A DNA stretch of 34,746 bases. Origin: a virus. Lineage: Duplodnaviria; Caudoviricetes. Of the stretch, positions 28,044 through 34,746 are shown one piece after another. The stretch covers positions 1 through 34,746 of the IMG/VR virus record IMGVR_UViG_3300030010_000010; one strand, written 5' to 3'. Every line of letters starts with the position of its first letter. Position 1 is the first letter of the stretch. Made by a program: the position numbers and the translations under genes. The notes under the pieces were generated by a model. That model was not told the origin of the DNA. It saw only the letters and a program-made list of their open reading frames with translations, and searched no databases.

Positions 28044-28072
28044 ATTTTACCCTCCATCTGAGAAGTTGTAAA
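28044..28072 (-). promoter_or_regulatory. Sigma70-type promoter for the small HTH gene
   Basis: TTTACA-N17-TAAAAT on minus strand, overlapping helicase stop. Confidence 0.65.
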
Positions 28073-29348
28073 TGGTACTGTGCTTCTTTTCTTCTTGATA
28101 TACCTTCAGAACCTCCTCAGATAACTTATGTTTGTTCTTGACAGCCGAATATACCAGCTCATCCATCTTACCCTTCATCAGTAGGTAATAGTACTTCACC
28201 CAGGGGGTATCCACCAGGACAATACGGTCCTTGAACTGAGTCCATTTCAAGTATGAGTGACTCATTGAATAGATAATCATGTGATTGTTGTGAGCTAGGT
28301 TGATGGCCTCCCCCGCGCTGGGGTGCATGATAGTGATCTGAGACCTATCCTCTCGGTTGTATTGATGCTTTCCACGTATCTGGGCGTAGATGATCCTCTG
28401 GCTATCCAGGAACTCAGCAATAGCCTCCATCTCAGCTTTGTACTGGGCCACGATCACCACATTCTGACCCTTAAGGTGTCCCTTCAGCATCTGCTTAAGC
28501 ATGTCCATCTTCTCATGCCCCACTACTTGGATCTTCTTATCATCATCCTTAATGAATCCACCACAGAGCTGGTGTAGCTTCAGGGCTTTCACGAGTACCT
28601 GGGGAGCACTGACATCAGTCCCCCCAATGGTAGTGAACAGGTCCTTCTCCAGATTCTCATAGTGCCTTAGAGTGGTGACAGAGGGTTCTATCAGGATTGA
28701 CTCATGTCTAACCTTCGTGATAACTGTAGCCACCTCATCCCGAGTAATGCGATATGAGATACCCTTCAGGATGGACTTGAACTCATCCTGGTTCTTATAT
28801 CCTACAATCTTGGGGAAGGGGTCCTCTCTGCCTGGAAGAGTCATCTCCTCGATGATGAGGTATCGTTCGGAGAAATCGCCCCAGGTCGGGAATAGGTCAG
28901 GACGGATGAATCTTAGCTGAGCGTAATAGTCCTCCATCCCATTCCCCTGAGGAGAACCAGTTAGAATGAGACGCTTTCGAGACATCTTCCCAATCTTCCA
29001 GCAGTTCTTAGTTTGATTGCTTCCACGCTCCTTGATTCGGTGACTCTCATCCACAATGGCCAGGTCCCACCTCACCTTAGCCAGTTCCTTGATCTGACCT
29101 GGTAGCTGCTCAAAGTTCAGGATCAGGAATGGGGCTGGATTGATTCCCATGTCTGCAATACAGCCCTCCCACACTGGAATGGCTTTCTTGGGGCAGATGA
29201 TGATCGTGTCCAAGCATTTCCATCGCTCCCGAATCCAGAGTGAGACGGGGGTCTTCCCCGTACGCTGTTGCATGAATAGCCCGAACCCATCATGAGGAAC
29301 GGCAGCCTCGATCGCTGGAACTTGGTAGTCCCTGGGGTTGAAACTCAT
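28047..29348 (-). CDS. SNF2-like superfamily 2 helicase/ATPase
   Basis: PRDYQ, QRTGKT (Walker A), IVDESHRIK, ILTGSP, GEAINL; ATGA-coupled start MSFNP. Confidence 0.85.
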   Translation of the reverse strand: MSFNPRDYQVPAIEAAVPHDGFGLFMQQRTGKTPVSLWIRERWKCLDTIIICPKKAIPVWEGCIADMGINPAPFLILNFEQLPGQIKELAKVRWDLAIVDESHRIKERGSNQTKNCWKIGKMSRKRLILTGSPQGNGMEDYYAQLRFIRPDLFPTWGDFSERYLIIEEMTLPGREDPFPKIVGYKNQDEFKSILKGISYRITRDEVATVITKVRHESILIEPSVTTLRHYENLEKDLFTTIGGTDVSAPQVLVKALKLHQLCGGFIKDDDKKIQVVGHEKMDMLKQMLKGHLKGQNVVIVAQYKAEMEAIAEFLDSQRIIYAQIRGKHQYNREDRSQITIMHPSAGEAINLAHNNHMIIYSMSHSYLKWTQFKDRIVLVDTPWVKYYYLLMKGKMDELVYSAVKNKHKLSEEVLKVYQEEKKHSTIYNFSDGG

Positions 29349-29797
29349 TTGACAAAGCACTCCTTGAGTAGGGAAGTGATCTTCTCAGCCTCTTCCGGGG
29401 ACCACTCCCATCTGCCTCCAGGCTTCTCAACCAGCTTCCGGAGATGCTTACGGCACTTGCTAGGATCCAATTGTAAATCTAGCGAAATTTGCTCCAGTGA
29501 CACAGTGCCGCCAGTAAACCGCGGGCCGCTGTCACTGGGCTGGGATTCTTCAGTAACCCCTAATATTCCCCGTAAAATGGCCCTAGCGGACCTGGAAATG
29601 TCCAAGTAACTATCCATATACACTTTAGCAAAGTGCTCAGGGGTATCAGTGGTGAGCTTGAGCTGTTTTTGCTCAGAGGGGCTGAGCTGGATGATGTCAA
29701 TGTTTCCATTGAGCATGGTGACATAATGTTTGACTTTGCCCGTGTCCCGGAACTCCAGGAAAGTATGACGGGCGGCATCTACGAAGACAGCTGGCAT
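29345..29797 (-). CDS. Protein with C-terminal HTH-like domain paralogous to 27738-27989
   Basis: TVSLEQISLDLQLDPSKCRKHLRK...RWEW. Confidence 0.7.
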   Translation of the reverse strand: MPAVFVDAARHTFLEFRDTGKVKHYVTMLNGNIDIIQLSPSEQKQLKLTTDTPEHFAKVYMDSYLDISRSARAILRGILGVTEESQPSDSGPRFTGGTVSLEQISLDLQLDPSKCRKHLRKLVEKPGGRWEWSPEEAEKITSLLKECFVK

Positions 29798-29819
29798 ATT
29801 GAATTCCCCCTAAAGAATT

Positions 29820-29828
29820 ATTATACCA
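29820..29828 (-). promoter_or_regulatory. Extended -10 promoter candidate
   Basis: TGGTATAAT upstream of AGGGGG RBS and ATG 29797; no clear -35. Confidence 0.5.
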
Positions 29829-29837
29829 GGAAATGAG

Positions 29838-29858
29838 TGAAGGGATTTCTCCCCTTCA
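29838..29858 (-). terminator. GAAA-loop hairpin downstream of 29880-30167
   Basis: TGAAGGGGA-GAAA-TCCCTTCA. Confidence 0.5.
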
Positions 29859-29879
29859 TCCATCAATCGGACCCGATGG

Positions 29880-30167
29880 TTATTCAGCTGGGAACAGCTG
29901 CTCGACCAGATTGGTGATCTGCTTCAGGCGGCGCTCAGTCAGATCGTAGTCGTCGAGCTTGTCGGCGATCGCAGTGAAGTTGAGTTCCTTCTGTGCGCAC
30001 AGTTGGTTGATGGCCGCTTCGAGATCGACCATCTTGGTTTCCAGCGCGACCTTCTCGCCTTCCGCCTTGGCCTTACCTGCACGTACTCGCAACGGGGCCA
30101 TCGCCTCGTCGAGCTTTTCTTTGGTCATGGAAACGAGCTCTTTGAACGACTTGATTTGAAATGCCAT
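29880..30167 (-). CDS. Coiled-coil hypothetical phage protein
   Basis: AAGGAG RBS; MAFQIKSFKELVSMTKEKLDEAMAPLR...LVEQLFP. Confidence 0.8.
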   Translation of the reverse strand: MAFQIKSFKELVSMTKEKLDEAMAPLRVRAGKAKAEGEKVALETKMVDLEAAINQLCAQKELNFTAIADKLDDYDLTERRLKQITNLVEQLFPAE

Positions 30168-30178
30168 TTGATTCTCCT

Positions 30179-30328
30179 TTATGTTAAAAGTAAAACACGG
30201 TTGATACGACTTGGAACTGATTTTGGTTGATTTGGTGCTCTGTAATTGGGCATCTCTGGGTGGGCCATTACTGTGACGTTATCTCGGCCTCCGCAGCAGG
30301 GTAAGTATATCTTGACCATGGGTATCAT
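30179..30328 (-). CDS. Possible 49-aa protein
   Basis: MIPMVKIYLPCCGG...SRINRVLLLT; fills gap; weak RBS. Confidence 0.4.
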   Translation of the reverse strand: MIPMVKIYLPCCGGRDNVTVMAHPEMPNYRAPNQPKSVPSRINRVLLLT

Positions 30329-30335
30329 CGCGGGT

Positions 30336-30503
30336 TCAGACGGCAAAACCCTGGAGTATCGCCCGAAAATCTAATACAATCATCCCCGGGAGTTGCGTCG
30401 CTGAGACATTACCAAGCTGATGGTATAAAGCCCCCTGGATCGCACCCACATCCCCCTGGTAATCCTCAATGAGTTGATAGGTGATAATCCCGCTCACCCG
30501 CAT
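30336..30503 (-). CDS. Possible 55-aa protein
   Basis: MRVSGIITYQLIEDY...LQGFAV; GAGG upstream, overlaps previous stop. Confidence 0.45.
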   Translation of the reverse strand: MRVSGIITYQLIEDYQGDVGAIQGALYHQLGNVSATQLPGMIVLDFRAILQGFAV

Positions 30504-30745
30504 AGCAACAACCTCTTGTCCGGCACGGGGCGTGCTGCCTCCTCGACTACCTGGGAACCCACGACGTAGCCCAGTGATATGGTGCCAGTGTTGTTGGGAA
30601 GACACACAATGCCACCTCCACCACTATCCAGCTGAGGGGAGGTGTACTGCCTTTTCATTTCTTCCACCTGCCTTCGGATACGCTCCTCGTCTGGGGATAC
30701 TCTTTGTGGCAACCCATTCCAGTAACCATTTATGGAGTTTGCCAT
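30494..30745 (-). CDS. Hypothetical protein (83 aa)
   Basis: GGAGGG RBS; MANSING...PDKRLLLCG. Confidence 0.65.
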   Translation of the reverse strand: MANSINGYWNGLPQRVSPDEERIRRQVEEMKRQYTSPQLDSGGGGIVCLPNNTGTISLGYVVGSQVVEEAARPVPDKRLLLCG

Positions 30746-30747
30746 GA

Positions 30748-31353
30748 TTATCCCTCCACTACAACCCAATCCTTAGCCAGCATATCACTCTGAGACGCCA
30801 GCCAACCCATCAGGATCTCGCCACTGGCGGTCTTCATTGTGATGCATGGGAGCACAGTGGCGTAACCGCCCTGCTCCTTAGCATAGTCCCGGTTGTTATC
30901 GGACCAGAAAGAATCAGCTGGAATGCTTCGGGCGGCCGCCAGAGTGTTCTCCTGAGAGACAGACAGCGACAGCCACATGCCTTTACCATTCCAACCTTCA
31001 CGAGCCACCCGCTTACCAATCTCGAGCATCTCAAGCGCCCATCCGAAGCTTTGGTTGAGTGGGAGATGCATACGGGGTGCCTTTGGAAGGCTATCATAGA
31101 ACTCCTGTTGCCAGAGGCTCTCCTTCAGCAGGTAACCCTCGAGCTGCCAGAGCTTGCTGAAGGCGTCCTGGAAAGCGTGTTCCTCACCCAACTCTGAGTC
31201 AAAGTTCTGAGGATCAACACAGGCCGACTCTCCCCGTACTGAGAAACCGTTGAGCAGCTCCAGCTGGCAGATCGTCACGGTTGAGTCTGGGACACGCATG
31301 TACGTGATCTTCTTGATCTTGCCATTAAGGCTTTCTTTCGTTACTTTGTTCAT
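30748..31353 (-). CDS. Fusion of N4 Gp49/Sf6 Gp66-like domain and DUF2829 (Tad2-like) domain; candidate anti-defence sponge
   Basis: N-half TICQLELLNGFSVRGESACVDPQNFDSELG...LWQLEGYLL; C-half SFGWALE...GKRVAREGWNGKGMWL...MKTA...GWLASQSDMLAKDW. Confidence 0.8.
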   Translation of the reverse strand: MNKVTKESLNGKIKKITYMRVPDSTVTICQLELLNGFSVRGESACVDPQNFDSELGEEHAFQDAFSKLWQLEGYLLKESLWQQEFYDSLPKAPRMHLPLNQSFGWALEMLEIGKRVAREGWNGKGMWLSLSVSQENTLAAARSIPADSFWSDNNRDYAKEQGGYATVLPCITMKTASGEILMGWLASQSDMLAKDWVVVEG

Positions 31354-31362
31354 AGCATTCTC

Positions 31363-31590
31363 CTATGGAAGGTTGATGATGGAACCGTCAGAGGTGTTAC
31401 GGAAATGGTACCCTGACTTGAACACCCGTCTACCACCCTCACGCCAGTAGATCTGACTGGGGTGAATATCCCCTGAGTGACGGTTGTCAATGAGGGGTTC
31501 TTTCCGATCCCATTGACCCGCTACCCGATTCGAGGGGGGTACGCCAGCCCAGGAGCTTTTTGGGCTTGGTCCCCGCACTGGGGACTCCAT
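31363..31590 (-). CDS. Hypothetical protein (start uncertain, possible frameshift)
   Basis: 75-aa ORF fills gap; the RBS-supported ATG at 31603 is in another frame. Confidence 0.4.
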   Translation of the reverse strand: MESPVRGPSPKSSWAGVPPSNRVAGQWDRKEPLIDNRHSGDIHPSQIYWREGGRRVFKSGYHFRNTSDGSIINLP

Positions 31591-31613
31591 ATCTTTTGTT
31601 CATTGCGTTCTCC

Positions 31614-31649
31614 AAACAAAGTGGGGACTGAAGCTTCTCAGTCTCCTAT
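31614..31649 (-). terminator. Terminator-like hairpin after SSB gene
   Basis: GGAGACTGA-GAAGCT-TCAGTCCCC followed by ACTTTGTTT. Confidence 0.5.
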
Positions 31650-31653
31650 TGAC

Positions 31654-32223
31654 CTAGGCCAGGGTTACTTCGTCAGCCTTCAGTTCCCATTCTTCCTTGG
31701 TACCGTCGACTTCAGTCGTCACAATGACCTTCCCGTTCTCCAGTCCCGTGATGACTCCCTCCAGAGTGGCATCGTCGAATTCGAAGGTGACCTTGGAGCC
31801 CTTCTTCATGCCGGGGGCTGAAGATCCCGCTGACGAGCCCGTCGAACCACGCAGGAAGCCAGTGATGCGGGGCTTCTTCTTTCCCTGGTAGGTTTCATTG
31901 GCCACATCTGCCATCAGCTGCTTGCCCTTGTAGGTGGCGATCTTCAGTTCCATCTTGCCATTGGGGACATCGTTCCCAAAGCACTCCAGAACCATCTTCA
32001 GGCGCCAGAGAGCCTGGGGCTGAAGGGAGGTGTTGTCATAGATCGTGGCACCTTTGTAGGGGCCTTCGACAACCTTCCACTTCCAGGCAAGGTACGGATT
32101 GCCATCACCAGATTCCTTCTCCTCGCAGGAGAGGACTTCCAGCAAGTACTGATCATCCGGCACTTCACGACCACCAGATTCAACCCCCGAAAAATCAACT
32201 GTAGTTCCTGAACGCTTTGCCAT
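31654..32223 (-). CDS. DUF669-like single-stranded DNA-binding protein with C-terminal SH3/Tudor-like extension
   Basis: VDFSGV...VPDDQY...SGDGNPYL...GPYKGATIYDN...ETYQGK; GS linker; MKKGSKVTF...EGVITGLENGKVIV. Confidence 0.7.
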   Translation of the reverse strand: MAKRSGTTVDFSGVESGGREVPDDQYLLEVLSCEEKESGDGNPYLAWKWKVVEGPYKGATIYDNTSLQPQALWRLKMVLECFGNDVPNGKMELKIATYKGKQLMADVANETYQGKKKPRITGFLRGSTGSSAGSSAPGMKKGSKVTFEFDDATLEGVITGLENGKVIVTTEVDGTKEEWELKADEVTLA

Positions 32224-33063
32224 TTACTTCTCCTCTGACTTGGTAGTGGTACGCTTAACAACTTTGGTTTCCGCAGCTGGCTTCACCTCCTCCACGATCC
32301 GGCGAACGGGCTTCGTCTCACCGGAGGCCAAGAGCTGCATCAGCTTGTCATAGCTTGGATCCACAATGTACTCCGGAATGCTCGTCCCCATGGGGTTTCG
32401 CATCTTGGTCGTGTAGTACGGGTGGGGAGCCAGGCGCATGCAGTACTCGATGGTTCGAGTCTTTTCATCATCCATCGCAAATGCCTCACGAACGTAGGTA
32501 TTCCCGATCACCTTGACCGCACCATTGAGCAAGCCGGCCACACTGGGCATCAGTCGAGGACCAATGGACGGATCAAGCGTTTCATCCTCATCAGACCCTT
32601 CACCCTTGGTAGCACGATCGTGGGCGATGAATCCCACATTGATGCCGGAGTCCGTCAGGTCCCGGTAGTTCAGGAGCCAGGTCTTCATCAGGCCCCCCGT
32701 GATACCCCAGAGACGCTGAGACATCTGATCCTTGCCTTCCTCTTCCATGGCGTGAGCCATTGCAAAATCCTGCATTGAGGACACCTGATCCAGGACCACC
32801 GACTTGTATTTCTCTTTTCCGGCCCCAGTGCCAAGATACCAGTACACCTCCTCCAGCTCGGCCCAGGTGGAGACAGTAATGACATCAACCCCCTCCACAT
32901 TAGAGATACTGTCTGTCCCCTTCTCCTGAATATCCACGAATAGAAGGGGTTTCGGAAAGGTAGATCCAATGGTGGTTTTTCCCGTTCCCGAGCGACCATA
33001 GATCAGGATGGACAGTACCTTTGGTAGCGAGGCTACCGGGCGAATCTTAGATTCAATTCCCAT
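32224..33063 (-). CDS. AAA-family ATPase (AAA_24/Sak4-like recombination protein)
   Basis: ILIYGRSGTGKTT, FPKPLLFVDIQEKG, YKSVVLDQVS, FIAH; AAGGA RBS before MGIESK. Confidence 0.85.
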   Translation of the reverse strand: MGIESKIRPVASLPKVLSILIYGRSGTGKTTIGSTFPKPLLFVDIQEKGTDSISNVEGVDVITVSTWAELEEVYWYLGTGAGKEKYKSVVLDQVSSMQDFAMAHAMEEEGKDQMSQRLWGITGGLMKTWLLNYRDLTDSGINVGFIAHDRATKGEGSDEDETLDPSIGPRLMPSVAGLLNGAVKVIGNTYVREAFAMDDEKTRTIEYCMRLAPHPYYTTKMRNPMGTSIPEYIVDPSYDKLMQLLASGETKPVRRIVEEVKPAAETKVVKRTTTKSEEK

Positions 33064-33073
33064 AATGTTTCCT

Positions 33074-33538
33074 TTACTTAATGTGAGTCCAGCTTTTGAA
33101 GTTCTTAACCTTACTAATACATGACCTATCCAAGTCATAGTCTTTAGATATCTCATTAACTGATCGAGGATCAGACCTAATCTTCCTCACCAGTTCATTA
33201 GTAAGCTTTGCTCGGGGATGGTTCTCCCCTCTATGTACCACTGACTCTCCTTTCGCTTGTCGATCTTTGCTAACTTTGTCATCATGGTTATCCTGAGTGG
33301 TGCCCAGGAATAAGTGCTTAGGGTTACAACAGATCTTACGGTCACACCTATGACAGACTTGGATACCTTTAGGTATAGGTCCATAGGTCAACTCCCAGGA
33401 TACTCGATGAGCTCCAGAGGATAGTCCCTTTCTGGGGCCTGTCCTAAAGTTCCCATAACCAGAACTTCCAACTCTTCCCTTCCAATCCCAACAGTACGAT
33501 GAATCCTGAATGTTGACCTTACTCCAGAATATCTTCAT
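33074..33538 (-). CDS. Free-standing HNH homing endonuclease with C-terminal DNA-binding domain
   Basis: FWSKV...CWDWKG...GYG...AHRVSWELTYGPIP...VCHRCDRKICCNPKHLFLGTTQDN...GENHPRAKLT; AGGAG RBS before ATG 33538. Confidence 0.9.
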   Translation of the reverse strand: MKIFWSKVNIQDSSYCWDWKGRVGSSGYGNFRTGPRKGLSSGAHRVSWELTYGPIPKGIQVCHRCDRKICCNPKHLFLGTTQDNHDDKVSKDRQAKGESVVHRGENHPRAKLTNELVRKIRSDPRSVNEISKDYDLDRSCISKVKNFKSWTHIK

Positions 33539-33591
33539 GGTCAAGTCTCCTATGGAAATTCCATTATATCTCAAGTTGACCATGAAGTAAA
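33533..33591 (-). promoter_or_regulatory. HNH promoter plus start-codon-sequestering hairpin
   Basis: TTTACT-N17-TATAAT (33591-33563); perfect 12-bp inverted repeat 33576-33587 / 33533-33544 covering the ATG. Confidence 0.8.
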
Positions 33592-34521
33592 CTATTTTGG
33601 TTCCCTAACGGTAAACACCTGCTTCTTGATGAATGAGCCGTCCAGTCCACGAAGCTCAGCCTGACAGAGCTGGAAGTAGGAACAGCTTGAGCAGTCCCTG
33701 GTCATGTTCCTGACCTTACTTGTACTGTTCTCAATCTCCTGGGCGGTAGTGAAGAATTCACCCACAACCTCCTGGATAAGCTCCTCGTTCGGACGAGGAA
33801 GGTAGACCCGCTTGAAGAAGATGTTCCTCTTCACCCGATTAAGTTCTTCCTGATAGTCCGCGGGGTCGAGCTCATTGTCAATGATGGCCTTCATGTAGGT
33901 GGTGTAATCTGAGTCCAAGTTGACCCGACGGGTTAGACCCCCTTTCTTCAGGACCTCTACTACAGCTGGAGGCTTCGTCCGGATGTAATCCCAAAGGACC
34001 CCATCAGTCTCTTCCCCCTGCTCCCGCAAGGCCCACCAGTAGAGAACCGTCTGGAGATCTGAGAATCGGTTGTTCTCATCAGGAATCACCTTGTGCGTCT
34101 TGTGGTCCATCACCCAGACTCGGCCGGCCTCGTCCTCAGGGATCTTGTCGATGATGCCCAGGAACTTGATTCCCCGGTACTCAGCCGTCACCTCGATTTC
34201 AGACCGACCATTGTAGTTCAGGGTATCGTCCTTGTAATGTTCCACATAGCGATGGTAGAGGCTGGTGAGCTCTTCTGGGGAGGGGTACTTCTCTTTCTCC
34301 TCATCCCAGAGCTCATTGTAGATCTTGGTGTAAGCCACTAAAGCTTCCATCGGGTCCATACCCATGACCTTGGCATCCAGCATTTCATGGTAGGTAACCC
34401 CACGAAGAAGAGCCGCTGGAGCAGTCTTTCGGATCAGTCCCTGTTCGTACTTGTAGTCATACATTTTCGGGCATCGGCGCCAGGTACGAACTTTGCTATG
34501 GGAGTAGTAGGCATTCCTCAT
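33592..34521 (-). CDS. PD-(D/E)xK exonuclease (RecB/Cas4-like, 4 Cys)
   Basis: SHSKVRTWRRCP, GVTYHEMLD, GIIDKI, VMDHKT, QTVLY, CSSCSYFQLC. Confidence 0.88.
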   Translation of the reverse strand: MRNAYYSHSKVRTWRRCPKMYDYKYEQGLIRKTAPAALLRGVTYHEMLDAKVMGMDPMEALVAYTKIYNELWDEEKEKYPSPEELTSLYHRYVEHYKDDTLNYNGRSEIEVTAEYRGIKFLGIIDKIPEDEAGRVWVMDHKTHKVIPDENNRFSDLQTVLYWWALREQGEETDGVLWDYIRTKPPAVVEVLKKGGLTRRVNLDSDYTTYMKAIIDNELDPADYQEELNRVKRNIFFKRVYLPRPNEELIQEVVGEFFTTAQEIENSTSKVRNMTRDCSSCSYFQLCQAELRGLDGSFIKKQVFTVREPK

Positions 34522-34522
34522 G

Positions 34523-34746
34523 TTAGAGGGACTCGGCCATCTTCTTTAGTTCATCCAGGGAAGTGTTCATCAATCCCTCATTCTCTTTCTGGGAGATGAT
34601 CGCCAGCAGCTGTTGCTTCTTCTCCTTATTGGAGCGGAGCGTTTCAGCCGCAGATTGCTCAGCCAGGCGAACATCGATGATATGCTTGACGATGTCGAAC
34701 TTCAGCTGGATGGTCTCATCCGATTTCTTGGACTGGATCACGAAGG
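34523..34746 (-). CDS. Partial conserved coiled-coil phage protein
   Basis: Frame open to window edge; QLKFDIVKHIIDVRLAE...KKQQLLAII...SLDELKKM. Confidence 0.7.
   Translation of the reverse strand, partial: FVIQSKKSDETIQLKFDIVKHIIDVRLAEQSAAETLRSNKEKKQQLLAIISQKENEGLMNTSLDELKKMAESL

Noticed and set aside
33539-33583. Longer HNH start at 33583
   Set aside because: That ATG is part of the hairpin 5' arm inside the promoter and has no RBS
33074-33591. HNH as part of a group I intron
   Set aside because: Flanking genes are intact with own starts and stops, and spacers are too short for an intron core
33592-34521. Cas4-like nuclease as sign of CRISPR-Cas
   Set aside because: No repeat-spacer array or other cas genes; context is the usual phage exonuclease-AAA-SSB module

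Overview
Partial genome of a tailed dsDNA bacteriophage (short-tailed/podovirus-like morphogenesis module, Gram-negative host inferred from a lambda-R-type endolysin plus Rz/Rz1 spanins). The + strand (1-27194) encodes a multidomain 'polyvalent'-type protein (GNAT-like + PcfJ-like), portal, a lysis cassette, an SGNH esterase, a GroES-like co-chaperonin, scaffold, capsid proteins, head-tail adaptors, tail fibre, tail nozzle and several ejection/DNA-transfer proteins. The convergent - strand (27294-34746) encodes a PD-(D/E)xK exonuclease, a free-standing HNH endonuclease, an AAA ATPase and DUF669-like SSB, a Gp49-like/DUF2829(Tad2)-like fusion (candidate dual immune-signal sponge), small ORFs, an SNF2-like helicase flanked by two paralogous HTH-like proteins, and a VRR-NUC-like nuclease. 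Main oddities: the putative two-domain sponge, a recurring [KYL][AKS]xGGx[VIL] motif that punctuates several late proteins, a hairpin/promoter switch in front of the HNH gene, and tandem paralogous Cys-rich micro-ORFs in the lysis cassette. All family assignments are from motif recognition by eye; no database searches were run. No tRNA, rRNA, CRISPR array or integrase was seen.
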